A stretch of 64,000 nucleotides of DNA from Dehalococcoidia bacterium (GCA_964291495.2 OZ219871.1:1536001-1600000), one strand, 5' to 3'; shown: positions 28,700 through 38,184, counted from the first letter of the stretch. The notes: generated by a model from the sequence alone, not told the origin. Numbers and translations are program-made.

Positions 28700-29925
28700 C
28701 GCGACTCGCTTCCGCGCATCGTGAGCAGCGCGATGCTGGCGGTGAAGCCGTGTACGAAGGTCTTGCCGGCCACGGGGCCGATCTCGCCGCTGCAGAACAT
28801 GCCCGCGGTCGGCGTCGGGCCGAGCGCCTGCTCGAGCGCCTGCGCGTCGTGGTGCGGCTCGCCGAACAGGCCCTGCCCGCGGCCGTTGCAGGAGCAGAGC
28901 AGCGCTCCGAGCACCTGCTCGCCGGGGTTGAGCCGCATGCGCAGCGCGCGCAGGTGGTCACGCAGATCGAGGTCGGCCGCCGCGGCGTCGCGGAACTGGA
29001 ACTGCAGCGTCTGGCCGAGGCGGGGCGCGGCGTTGATCGCGATCGCGCCGCTCTCGCGGTCGCCGCCGAGGATGTTGCGGATCAGGAAGTCGCCGCGCGC
29101 GTGCTGGTGGCGGTACTCGTCCATCGCCAGACCCACCAGCAGGTTGCGCTGCGCCCGCTCCCGGGTCTCCGCGTCGAGCGCGGCGAGAGTCTCCTGCAGC
29201 ACGACCAGCGCGGGACGCGAGCCGAGCCCGCGCACGAGGTTGCCCTCGCACTCGGTGATCGTCCACGGCTGGCCGATCGGCTCGGCGCCCTGCGCGACGA
29301 TCGTGTGGATCCCGAAGGCGCCGCCGATGCCCACCAGCACCGCGCCGGCGTCGCGCACGTCGTCATCGAGGAAGACGGCGGTGTTGCGCTGCATCGGCTG
29401 CGCCGAGGCGAGTCCGCCGAGGACCGTCGCGTCCGCCTGGCGCTGCCCGATCGCGCCCACCAGCGCCTCGACGTCCGTGGTGAAGGGATCGGCGAAGAGC
29501 AGCCAGGCCTGCGCGGCGGCCCCCTGGACGCGATCGAGCGCGTCTCGGGCTTCCTCGTTGGAGCCGATCGCAAGCGTGGTGATCGTGGCGCCGGGCAGGC
29601 TGAGCGCGAGCAGCGAGATCGCGGGTTGGTCCTCGGCCTCGTGGCCGGGGCCGATCACGCCCATCCCGCTCGCGCCGGCCAGCCGCCGCGCGCCGGTTCC
29701 CGCGCGCAGCCGTTCCAGCGCCTCGCCGTAGTGGTCGGAGAAGCGCGAGTCGATGAAGGCGAGCGCGAGGTCAGGCTGCGCGTCGAGATCGAGCGCGGCG
29801 AGGACGGCGTCGCACGCCTCCTCCCAGGTCGCGCCGGACTGCACGGCCGCGGCGGCTCGCGCTTCGTTCGCCTGCGTGGCGGCCTGCGCGCCGCCCGCTG
29901 CCGCCTGCTCGTTCTCGCTCGTCAT
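28696..29925 (-). CDS. FIST N + FIST C domain protein
   Basis: FADPF, GGLAS, VAQGAEPIG, DFLIRN, FQFRDA, SCNGRG, GMFCSGEIGP, HGFT. Confidence 0.93.
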   Translation of the reverse strand: MTSENEQAAAGGAQAATQANEARAAAAVQSGATWEEACDAVLAALDLDAQPDLALAFIDSRFSDHYGEALERLRAGTGARRLAGASGMGVIGPGHEAEDQPAISLLALSLPGATITTLAIGSNEEARDALDRVQGAAAQAWLLFADPFTTDVEALVGAIGQRQADATVLGGLASAQPMQRNTAVFLDDDVRDAGAVLVGIGGAFGIHTIVAQGAEPIGQPWTITECEGNLVRGLGSRPALVVLQETLAALDAETRERAQRNLLVGLAMDEYRHQHARGDFLIRNILGGDRESGAIAINAAPRLGQTLQFQFRDAAAADLDLRDHLRALRMRLNPGEQVLGALLCSCNGRGQGLFGEPHHDAQALEQALGPTPTAGMFCSGEIGPVAGKTFVHGFTASIALLTMRGSESR

Positions 29926-29953
29926 CGGCCCCCCGTCCGCACGCCGTCCGGCG

Positions 29954-30490
29954 TCAGGCGATCGCGTCGGCGATCCCGTAGGCGACGCCGAGGATGATGC
30001 CTGCGACGATCACGCTGATCAGGGCGACGACAATCGCTCGACCCGTGCCGATGTCGAGGGCGGCGCGCACCGCGACGACCGTCGTGATCAGCACCCAGAT
30101 GGCGACGATCAGGCTTACGAGGGCGTTCAATACCGACACGACGCCGATCACCAGCAGGATACGCGGGCCGTTTGCGAAGCCGAGCGTGCGCGCCAGTTCG
30201 CCCCAGTCCGCGCTGGTCTCCCCACCGGCGAGGATCTTCGTGCCGATGAAGTAGGTGACCCAGGCGTAGACGGCCCAGCCCACCAACCCGCCCACGACCC
30301 CGAGGATCAGGCCGGCAACTCCGAGCTCGCCGATAGCGCCGACGCCGGCTGCTATCGAGCCAAGGACGACGATCGCAGCCGCCTGGCCTGTCGCGTCGCG
30401 GTCGTGCTCGACCTCCTCGTAGACGCTGCTGTCCAGTCGCGCCGCGCCGATCAGCCGATCGACAAACGAGCGCTGTTCCGTCATCTCCAT
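29954..30490 (-). CDS. Yip1-like membrane protein
   Basis: RLIGAARLDSSVYEEVEHD...ATGQA, RTLGFA; about five TM segments. Confidence 0.82.
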   Translation of the reverse strand: MEMTEQRSFVDRLIGAARLDSSVYEEVEHDRDATGQAAAIVVLGSIAAGVGAIGELGVAGLILGVVGGLVGWAVYAWVTYFIGTKILAGGETSADWGELARTLGFANGPRILLVIGVVSVLNALVSLIVAIWVLITTVVAVRAALDIGTGRAIVVALISVIVAGIILGVAYGIADAIA

Positions 30491-30694
30491 GTCGCCTCCC
30501 CGGACTCATCGTTGCGAGGGCGCATCGTGAGGCCCCGCGAGAGTGTATGTTGGCGGGCGCACGCGCGTACATCGCAGATCGCGACACACGCGGCGGACTC
30601 GCGCAAAACGGTCCAACGCGGCACCATGTGCAACCGTCGCCCGGCGCGAGCACGCACGGGCGCGGAAGCGGCGGCGCGAGCTGGGGGAAGCAGA

Positions 30695-31483
30695 ATGACG
30701 ACTGCCTCGACGACGCACCAGGAACTCACCATCGAGGTCGCAGGCAGCGAGGTGTTCGTCCGCACCGGCGGCAGCGGCGACCCGCTCTTCGTGATCCATC
30801 ACGACATCGGCGCACACGCCTGGACCCCCTTCTACGAGCGCCTGGCGGAGAGCTTCACCGTCTACCTCCCGGACCTGCCAGGCTTCGGCAAGTCGAAGCG
30901 CCCGGAGTGGGCGCGCAACGTGCGCGACATCGTCGCGCTCGCCGGGCTGACGCTGGACGAGCTCGGGCTGCCGAAGGCGAGCGTCGTCGGCCTCGGCTTC
31001 GGGGGCTACATCGCCGCCGAGCTGGCGACGACGGCGCAGGCGCGCATCAACAAGCTCACGCTCGCCGGCGCGATGGGCGTGAAGCCCGAGCAGGGCGAGA
31101 TCTTCGACCAGTTCCTCGTGAGCCACGAGGACTACGTGCGCAGCGGCTTCGCCAACGAGGGCTCGTTCGAGGAGCACTTCGGCGATGAGTCGGACATCGA
31201 GCAGTTGATGGTCTGGGACATCAACCGCGAGATGACCACGCGCGTCGGCTGGAAGCCGTACATGCACAACATGGCGCTGCCTTACCTGCTGCCCAGCGTG
31301 CACACGCCGACGTTGCTGGTCTGGGGCGGCGCGGACACGATCGTCCCGGTGAACTGCGGCGCGCTCTACGCCGAGAAGCTGCCCGACGCTCGCCTCGAGA
31401 TCCTCGAGGGCGCGGGACACTGGCTCGAGCTCGATCGCCCGGACGACCTCGCCCGGCTGATCGTGGAGCACGAGGGCCGCTAG
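30695..31483 (+). CDS. Alpha/beta-hydrolase-fold protein lacking the nucleophile Ser
   Basis: PDLPGFGKS, VGLGFGG elbow, WGGAD, GHW. Confidence 0.88.
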   Translation: MTTASTTHQELTIEVAGSEVFVRTGGSGDPLFVIHHDIGAHAWTPFYERLAESFTVYLPDLPGFGKSKRPEWARNVRDIVALAGLTLDELGLPKASVVGLGFGGYIAAELATTAQARINKLTLAGAMGVKPEQGEIFDQFLVSHEDYVRSGFANEGSFEEHFGDESDIEQLMVWDINREMTTRVGWKPYMHNMALPYLLPSVHTPTLLVWGGADTIVPVNCGALYAEKLPDARLEILEGAGHWLELDRPDDLARLIVEHEGR

Positions 31484-31504
31484 CCGTAGCTCCGGCATTG
31501 CCCC

Positions 31505-32050
31505 GGACGAGCGCGCTGCGCGCGGCTCGGCCCACCCACCCGCCCTCAATGGATGCGGGGCTATGCCCCGCGCCCCCCTTCGTGGGGGCTGCGCCCCCAC
31601 ACCCCCGCTGCTGCTCGCCTCGGAAGGCTGGCGCGCCGATCCGGCCCCCTCTCCTGGGGGAGAGGGTGGGGGTGAGGGGGCTCGCCGGCCGGCCTGCGAT
31701 CTCGATGGGGTGTTTGCCACCCAGCCCCTTGCCCGGCGGAACGCCCCGGCTCCCCGTTCCCGTCGTTCCGGCGAAAGCCGGAACCCAGGCTCGGCAGACA
31801 CGCGAGTGCCCTCGGAAGGTTCGTTGCGCCCTCGGAGATTCGTGCCCGGCGAGGCTCCTCCCCCTCACCCCCCGCCCTCCCCCGCCAGGGGGGAGGGCGC
31901 CGGACCGCCCTCGGGGGTCGGCGCGCCGATCCGGTCCCCTCTCCGATCCAGCCCCCTCTCCTGGGGGAGAGGGTGGGGGTGAGGGGGCTCGCCGGCCGGA
32001 CTGCCACCTCGATGGGGTGTTTGCCCCCGGAGCCCGTTGCCCGGCGGAGA
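31505..32050. repeat. Mosaic cluster of REP-like palindromes
   Basis: 49-bp purine/pyrimidine unit at 31641-31689 and 31948-31996, inverted variant at 31860-31898, CGTC hairpin at 31761-31788, ~105-bp block 31510-31615 shared with 47720-47827. Confidence 0.9.
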
Positions 32051-32055
32051 TGCGC

Positions 32056-32433
32056 CTACGCGGCCGGCAAGGGCGCGGCGAAGCTCAGTTCGTGCCCGTC
32101 CGGGTCCGTGAGGTGGAAGAAGCGCTCGCCCCAGGGCGCGTCCCGCGGCGGCGCGTGCGGCCCGTAGCCGAGCTCCAACGCCCGCTCATAGAGCGCATCG
32201 ACGTCGTAGGCGTAGAAGATCACGCGCCCCCACCAGCCGGGAGGCTCGCCCTGCGCGATCAGGTTCAGGTAGCCCTCGCCGACGGCGAAGCTGGTGAACC
32301 CCGCGCCCGGGCCGCCGTAGAGCAGCTCGAACCCGAGCGAGGCATAAAACCCCACGGCGCGGGCCATGTCCGAGGTCGCCAGCGTGATCGCGCTGATCCG
32401 CTCGATCGGCCCTCCCGCGGGCTGTTCGGGCAT
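32056..32433 (-). CDS. VOC/glyoxalase family protein
   Basis: ISAITLATSDMARAVGFY, PRDAPWGERFF, DPDGHELSF. Confidence 0.93.
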   Translation of the reverse strand: MPEQPAGGPIERISAITLATSDMARAVGFYASLGFELLYGGPGAGFTSFAVGEGYLNLIAQGEPPGWWGRVIFYAYDVDALYERALELGYGPHAPPRDAPWGERFFHLTDPDGHELSFAAPLPAA

Positions 32434-32575
32434 CAGATTCGCTCCTCTCGCGCAGCGAGCATGGCGCGGCGCGCAGTCTAGCCTCGCGCGAGCTTGCAAG
32501 CCGCTTGCATTCGAGTCTGGCGAGCGCGAACGTGATCATGAGTGATTTCAGCCGCCCGCGTCGGTGGGAAGCCCC

Positions 32576-33151
32576 GTGGAACTCGAGCTGTTCGTCCTGC
32601 CCGCCCTGATCTTCGGGGCCCGCATCGTGGACACCACGATCGGGACCGTGCGCATCGTGGTGCTCGTCTCCGGCTCGCGCTGGCTCGCGGCGCTGCTCGG
32701 CTTCGCCGAGGTGGCAATCTGGCTTGCGGCCACCGGCGGCGTGGTCGCCAATCTCGACCAGCCCCTGCTGATCGTCGCCTACGCCGCCGGGTTCGCGGTC
32801 GGCGTGCTGCTCGGCGGCTGGATCGAGGAGCGGATTGCCATCGGCTACCGGGTGATCCAGGTGATCAACAACGACCTGAAGATCGACATCGCCGCACGGC
32901 TGCGCGAGCGCGGCTACCGCGTGACTCGCATCGAGGGCCACGGTATGCAGGGCCCGGTCGAGGTCTCGATGCTGCTGGTGCGCCGCCGCGGGCTGCGGCG
33001 CGTGCTGCGCATGATCCGCTGGCTCGCCCCGCGCGCCTTCGTCACGATCGAGCGCGCCGAGCGCCCGATCGGTTCGCTCGCCTCGCCGGAGCCCGGCTTC
33101 CTGCGCTTCCCGTGGGGGCCGCTCTTTCCCCTCGGCGGCGTCCGCAAGTAG
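32576..33151 (+). CDS. DUF5698/DUF2179 (UPF0316) membrane protein
   Basis: ARIVDTTIGTVR, GFAE, YAAGFAVG, IEERIAIG, GYRVTRIEGHG. Confidence 0.88.
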   Translation: MELELFVLPALIFGARIVDTTIGTVRIVVLVSGSRWLAALLGFAEVAIWLAATGGVVANLDQPLLIVAYAAGFAVGVLLGGWIEERIAIGYRVIQVINNDLKIDIAARLRERGYRVTRIEGHGMQGPVEVSMLLVRRRGLRRVLRMIRWLAPRAFVTIERAERPIGSLASPEPGFLRFPWGPLFPLGGVRK

Positions 33152-33158
33152 CGCCGCG

Positions 33159-33368
33159 CTACGAGGACTGCGAGCGCGGGCTGCTCTCGAAGCCGGCCGG
33201 GCGGTGCGTGCCGTCGCAGAACGGCTTGTTGTCGGACTGGCCGCAGCGGCAGAGCGCGACGGCGCTGCCCTCGTAGGGGAGTGCGTTGCCGTCCGCGTCC
33301 AGCACCTCGATGTCCGAGCCGCGGATCAGGTAGGGCCCGTCGTCCCGCACCTGCACCTGGATCGCCAT
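33159..33368 (-). CDS. CDGSH iron-sulfur domain protein
   Basis: DGPY...ALCRCGQSDNKPFCDGTH. Confidence 0.95.
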   Translation of the reverse strand: MAIQVQVRDDGPYLIRGSDIEVLDADGNALPYEGSAVALCRCGQSDNKPFCDGTHRPAGFESSPRSQSS

Positions 33369-33408
33369 GCCGTCCTCCCTTTCGTGCTCTCGCGAAGTCG
33401 CCCCGGCC

Positions 33409-33876
33409 CTATTCGCCTGCCGGGGCGCCCTCGACTGCCACGCCGCTCTCGATCAGCTCGATCACGCGCTCCCGCAACGGCGACTCGTCGATCGCGACCG
33501 ACTTCACGTCGCGCTCGTCCCAGCTGATCTTCGCCGCGCCGTGGAACTCCTTGGCCGCCTCGGAGACGAGCACCTCGCGCTCCTCGGCGTCCGCGATGCC
33601 CTCGGCCAGCTCGTCGCCGCACAGCTCGCGGATGCGGTCGCAGAGCATCTGGTGCTTCTCGATGTCGTACATCAGCCCGCCGATGACGCACTGGCCGTAC
33701 TGCATGACGTCGAACTGCTCGCCCTCGCGCTCCCACTCGAGCGTGCGTTTGGGCGGGACCGGGTAGCGCTCAAGCTCGGAGCGGATCCAGATGTCCTCGG
33801 GGTCGCGGCCCTCGCGGCGGAAGAGCAGCGAGACGCGCGCCATGCCGTCGCCCTTGTATTGAATCTCCGTGCGCAT
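33409..33876 (-). CDS. Hypothetical acidic protein
   Basis: Host-like codon usage and GGAGG RBS; no family recognised. Confidence 0.75.
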   Translation of the reverse strand: MRTEIQYKGDGMARVSLLFRREGRDPEDIWIRSELERYPVPPKRTLEWEREGEQFDVMQYGQCVIGGLMYDIEKHQMLCDRIRELCGDELAEGIADAEEREVLVSEAAKEFHGAAKISWDERDVKSVAIDESPLRERVIELIESGVAVEGAPAGE

Positions 33877-34013
33877 CACCGCACCTCCGGTCCGGCTCCG
33901 GGGCCGGCGCGCCCGGGGCCCGTCGCTCACTCTAGCACCCCGCGACGCCCCGACGGCGCCTCGCTGGCGACGAGGGCGCGCCATGTATAGTGACGCCGCG
34001 CAAGGGGGTTGCC

Positions 34014-35012
34014 ATGGCGCTCACGTTCTCGTTCACCACGCCGATCTACCTGAAGTTCTTCAACCCGGACTGGGTCAGCCCGGACTCCCTGACCGAAATG
34101 GCGCACATCGGCGAGGAGGTCGGCTACGACGAGATCGCCGTCTTCGACCACTTCCTCGAGCCGCCCGAGTGGCAGCCGTCCTACGCGACGAACAGCTACG
34201 ACCCGATGCCGCTGCTCGGTTTCCTCGCGGCCCACACCTCGGAGATCCGCATCGCCTCGGCGACGATCAACATCCCCTACCGCCACCCCGCCGTGATGGC
34301 GAATGAGCTGGCGACGATCGACAAGCTCTCCGGCGGCCGCCTCGTCATCGGTCTTGCCGCCGGCTACCTCGCCGAGGAGTACGACACGCTGGCGCTGGAC
34401 TTCGCGAACCGCGGCGCGATCGCCGACGAGTACCTCGCGGCGATGATCGAGCTGTGGACCAACGAGTACGCCTCGTTCTCCGGCGAGTACGTGAACTTCA
34501 ACGAGGTCAAGCTCGCCTCGTTCCCCGTCCAGCAGCCGCACCCGGAGGTCTGGATCCACGGCGGCAACTTGCGAGCGCTGCGGCGCGCGATCAGCTACGG
34601 GACCGGCTGGGGCCCGATCGTCGGCCCCGGTCTCTCGACCGACTCCGGCAGCACGGACTTCAAGATCGGCGCCACCGACGACGGCGGCACGGACGACCCC
34701 TACGCCGAGCTCGTGCAGGCGCTGGGGCAGGAGCACCCCGGCGTCCACGTCCCGCACTCCAAGACCTACACCTGGATGGAGGAGGTGCTGGAGCGCGAGC
34801 GCGAGGCGATCGAGGCGCGCGACGAACCGCTCGGCCTGTGGCTCAATTTCCGCGTCGACAAGAGCACCGTCGGCGAGGCCAACGCCATGATCGAGGAGCA
34901 GGTCGAGCGCGGCGCGACCAAGCTCAGCGTCGGCATCAACGCCGAATCGCTCGAGGATCACAACGCGACGCTGCGCGCCATCGGCGAGCAGGTGCTGCCC
35001 AACTGGCGCTGA
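34014..35012 (+). CDS. LLM-class, probably F420-dependent, oxidoreductase (Rv2161c-like)
   Basis: FDHF, DPMPLL, PYRHP, ATIDKLSGGRL, PVQQPHPEVW. Confidence 0.88.
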   Translation: MALTFSFTTPIYLKFFNPDWVSPDSLTEMAHIGEEVGYDEIAVFDHFLEPPEWQPSYATNSYDPMPLLGFLAAHTSEIRIASATINIPYRHPAVMANELATIDKLSGGRLVIGLAAGYLAEEYDTLALDFANRGAIADEYLAAMIELWTNEYASFSGEYVNFNEVKLASFPVQQPHPEVWIHGGNLRALRRAISYGTGWGPIVGPGLSTDSGSTDFKIGATDDGGTDDPYAELVQALGQEHPGVHVPHSKTYTWMEEVLEREREAIEARDEPLGLWLNFRVDKSTVGEANAMIEEQVERGATKLSVGINAESLEDHNATLRAIGEQVLPNWR

Positions 35013-35109
35013 CCACGCCGCGCGCCGCTGACGTCCCGGAGACCCGCTGCGAGGGCGGGTCTCCGCGCGTGACGGTCCGGCGACCCATGAGGCCTCGAGG
35101 AGGCGTGCC

Positions 35110-36012
35110 GTGCTGAGCGTCTTCTTCGAGGTGGTGCTGCCGGTCATGCTCGTCGCCGCGGCGGGCGCGGTGGTCGGGCGCTGGCGGGCTGTGCCGGCCG
35201 AGCCGCTCTCGGCGGTGATCTTCCTGCTCTTCACGCCGGCGCTGGTCTACGACTCGCTGGCGAACTCGGACCTGGCGGCGGGCCTCTCGCTGCGCATCGC
35301 GGCGGTGGCGGTGATCGGCTACGTCGTCGGCTACGTCGCCGCCACGGCGTGGTCGACGCTGGTGAGGCACGAACCGCCGCAGCGCGCGGCCTTCGCGCTG
35401 GTCGTCACCTCGCTCAACACCGGCAACATGGGCATCGCCGTCGCGCTGCTCGCCTTCGGCGAAGTCGGCGTGCAGATCGCGGTGCTGACCTGGGTGGTGC
35501 ACGCCACGCTCATCACCTCGGCCGGCATCGTGATCGCGACGCTGCCGAGCGGCTCCTCGAGGCGGGCGCTGGTCAAGCCGTTCGCCTACCCGGCGCTCTA
35601 CGCGGCCGTGCTCGGCTTCCTCGCGAACGGGCTGGACGTCGAGCTGCCCGTCACGATCGAGGCCCCGATCGCGACGTTGGCGGACGCCACCGTGCCCGCG
35701 ATGCTGGTGGTGCTGGGGCTGCAGCTCGGGCGCGGCCTCGGCGATCTCGGCGAGCTGGCGGACACCGCCGCAGGCTCGGTGCTGCGGCTGCTGCTCGGTC
35801 CACTGGTCGCCTTCGGCGCCGCGCTGGCGCTAGGCCTCGAGGGCACCACGCGGGACGTGGTGGTCGTGCTGGGCGGGATGCCGACGGCGGTGATCGCGAC
35901 GATCGTGGCGACGGAGTTCGACGTGCGCCCGCAGTTCGTGACGCGATCGGTGGTGACCTCGACGCTGGCGAGCGTGGCGACGCTGACGGTGCTGCTGACG
36001 CTGGTCGGGTAG
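35110..36012 (+). CDS. AEC family membrane transporter
   Basis: FTPAL, NTGNMG, ATVPAMLVVLG, MPTA; about ten TM segments. Confidence 0.92.
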   Translation: MLSVFFEVVLPVMLVAAAGAVVGRWRAVPAEPLSAVIFLLFTPALVYDSLANSDLAAGLSLRIAAVAVIGYVVGYVAATAWSTLVRHEPPQRAAFALVVTSLNTGNMGIAVALLAFGEVGVQIAVLTWVVHATLITSAGIVIATLPSGSSRRALVKPFAYPALYAAVLGFLANGLDVELPVTIEAPIATLADATVPAMLVVLGLQLGRGLGDLGELADTAAGSVLRLLLGPLVAFGAALALGLEGTTRDVVVVLGGMPTAVIATIVATEFDVRPQFVTRSVVTSTLASVATLTVLLTLVG

Positions 36013-36054
36013 GGCGTGGCTCTGCGTGAGACCTCCGCGTGACTCCCACAAGTC

Positions 36055-36103
36055 CGATCCTGCCCCCTCTCCCTGGGGAGAGGGCGGGGGGCGAGGGGAC
36101 CGG
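36055..36103. repeat. Solitary purine/pyrimidine REP-like palindrome
   Basis: CCCCCTCTCCCTGGGGAGAGGGCGGGGGGCGAGGGG. Confidence 0.8.
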
Positions 36104-36204
36104 ACGGAGTGCGCTCGTTGGCCCGCGGAGAGGGTTACGCAAAGGTCGCTCAGTGTGAGAGAAACTGATAGCAGATTGAGAGTTGCGCGGCTGGGAGCGC
36201 ACAC

Positions 36205-37410
36205 ATGACGGCTCCGCTGGCGGGTATTCGCGTGATCGAGGCGGCGACGTGGCTGGCCGCGCCCTCGGCGGCGGCGCTGATGGCCGACCTCGGCGCGGAC
36301 GTGATCAAGATCGAGCCGCCGGGCGGCGACCCCTGGCGGCACTTCGACACGAGCTCGATGGGCTTCGAGGAGCCCTCGGCGATCCAGTACGGGTTCGAGT
36401 TCGACAACCGCGGCAAGCGCTCGATCGCCGTCGACCTGCGGCAGCCGGGCGCGCCGGAGCTGGTGCGGCGGCTCTGCGAGGACGCCGATGTCTTCGTCAC
36501 CAACCTGATGCAGCGCGAGCGCTGGGGCATCGACGCGGAGACGCTGCGCGCCGCCAACCCGGCGCTGATCCACGCCGCCGTCAGCGGCTACGGCGAGCAG
36601 GGCCCCGCCGCCGATCGCGAGGGCTTCGACTACGCCGCCTTCTGGGCCAGCTCCGGCATCATGGGCCTCAGTGGCGAGCCGTCCTCGCCGCCGCCGTTCT
36701 GCCGCACCGGCCAGGGCGACCACGCCACCGCACTCAACCTGCTCAGCGCGATCCTCGTCGCGCTGCGCCTGCGCGACCAGAGCGGCGAGGGCCAGAGCGT
36801 CGAGGTCAACCTGATGCAGACCGGGCTGTGGACGATCGGCGCCGATGCGGCCGTCGCCGCGGTCAGCGGCGAGCAGCCCCGGCGCTACGACCGCTCCCGG
36901 CCCTGGAACCCGATCCGCAACTCCTATCAGACCCGCGACGGCCGCTGGCTGCTGCTCGGCATGACCCAGGCCGATCGCTTCTGGCCGCGCTTCGTCGCGA
37001 TGATCGGGGAGCCCTCGTGGGCGCTCGATCCTCGTTTCGAGACCCTCGAGAGCCGCAAGCGGCACGCCGCCGAGCTGCGCGAGCGGATCGAGGAGCTGAT
37101 CGCCTCGGCCGATCTCGCCGAGTGGGGGCGGCGGCTGGACGAGGCGGAGCTGGTCTGGGCCCCGGTCGTCACCCTGCCCGAGGCGCTGGCCGACCCGCAG
37201 GTGGAGGCGAACGGCATGCTCGAGGAGGTCGAGCACCCGGAGGCCGGCGCCTACCGCACGCTGTCCGCGCCGTTCCGCGTCAGCGGCGCGCAGACCGAGG
37301 TGCGGGGACCCGCCCCAGCGCCGGGCGAACACACCGGCGAGGTACTGGCCGAGCTCGGCCTCGACGGCGACGAGATCGCACGCCTCGCGGCGTCCGGCGT
37401 CTTCGGGTAG
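36205..37410 (+). CDS. Family III CoA-transferase (CaiB/BaiF)
   Basis: PLAGIRVIE, DLGADVIKIEPPGGD, NRGKRS, VSGYG, GD, APAPGEHT. Confidence 0.95.
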   Translation: MTAPLAGIRVIEAATWLAAPSAAALMADLGADVIKIEPPGGDPWRHFDTSSMGFEEPSAIQYGFEFDNRGKRSIAVDLRQPGAPELVRRLCEDADVFVTNLMQRERWGIDAETLRAANPALIHAAVSGYGEQGPAADREGFDYAAFWASSGIMGLSGEPSSPPPFCRTGQGDHATALNLLSAILVALRLRDQSGEGQSVEVNLMQTGLWTIGADAAVAAVSGEQPRRYDRSRPWNPIRNSYQTRDGRWLLLGMTQADRFWPRFVAMIGEPSWALDPRFETLESRKRHAAELRERIEELIASADLAEWGRRLDEAELVWAPVVTLPEALADPQVEANGMLEEVEHPEAGAYRTLSAPFRVSGAQTEVRGPAPAPGEHTGEVLAELGLDGDEIARLAASGVFG

Positions 37411-37455
37411 CGTGCGCCTGCCGACGCCGCAAGCGGCGGCGCGAGGAGGCTCCTG

Positions 37456-38184
37456 ATGGCGATGCAGCCGATGCGCCGCATCGAGGCGTTCTACCCGCCT
37501 GAGCAGCTGCAGACGGCCTCGCAGGGCCGCCGCCTCGGCGGCTGGGTGCTGGACCTGCTTCTGGTCTTCGCGACATTCGGCGTCGGCTGGCTGATCTGGT
37601 TCCTGATCGTGGCGCAGCGGGGGCAGACGCCGGGCAAGCAGCTGCTCGGCATGTACATCATGCGCGAGGACGGCAGCCGCGCCGGCGGCTGGTACACGAT
37701 CCTGCGCGAGATTGTCGTCAAGACGCTGTTCTCGATCGTGATCTCCGTGATCAGCGGGGTAACGAGTGGCCTCGGCAGCCTGCTCTGGCTGCCCGCCGCG
37801 CTGTGGTGCACGTGGGACCGCGAGCGCCAGTGCCTCTGGGACAAGGTCGCCAACACCTACATCGCGCACTCGCCCGGCGGCTACCGCCCGCCGACCGCGG
37901 CCGAGCTGCGCATGCAGGGCGAGGAGCCGCCCGCGATGTCCGGCCGCACCACGGCCTCGCCCGACTCGCCCTCCGGCCTGATGGACTACCCGCGCGCGCG
38001 GCCCGGCCTCGAGGAAGACCCGCTGGAGCGCGATATGAGTACGGAGGCCCTCGCCGATACGCCCTCGACGCGCGAGAGCAGCGCCGCCGACCGCCTGCGC
38101 GAGCTGCAGCGCCTCCGCGACGAAGGCCTGATCACCCCCGAGCAGTACGAGGAGCGCCGCGCCGCCATCCTCGACGAGCTGTAG
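37456..38184 (+). CDS. RDD family membrane protein with C-terminal SHOCT domain
   Basis: RRLGGWVLD, GQTPGK, RQCLWDKVANT; RLRELQRLRDEGLITPEQYEERRAAIL. Confidence 0.92.
   Translation: MAMQPMRRIEAFYPPEQLQTASQGRRLGGWVLDLLLVFATFGVGWLIWFLIVAQRGQTPGKQLLGMYIMREDGSRAGGWYTILREIVVKTLFSIVISVISGVTSGLGSLLWLPAALWCTWDRERQCLWDKVANTYIAHSPGGYRPPTAAELRMQGEEPPAMSGRTTASPDSPSGLMDYPRARPGLEEDPLERDMSTEALADTPSTRESSAADRLRELQRLRDEGLITPEQYEERRAAILDEL

Noticed and set aside
31641-31996. Repeated 49-bp unit as a possible CRISPR array
   Set aside because: Irregular spacing, mixed orientation, no uniform spacers and no cas genes.
31498-32050. ORFs across the repeat clusters sharing peptides such as PLLGERVGVRG and IPAFAGMT (also 47.4-48.4, 56.2-57.0, 61.0-61.6 kb)
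   Set aside because: They are translations of the DNA palindromes in several frames and both strands, with no RBS or codon bias.
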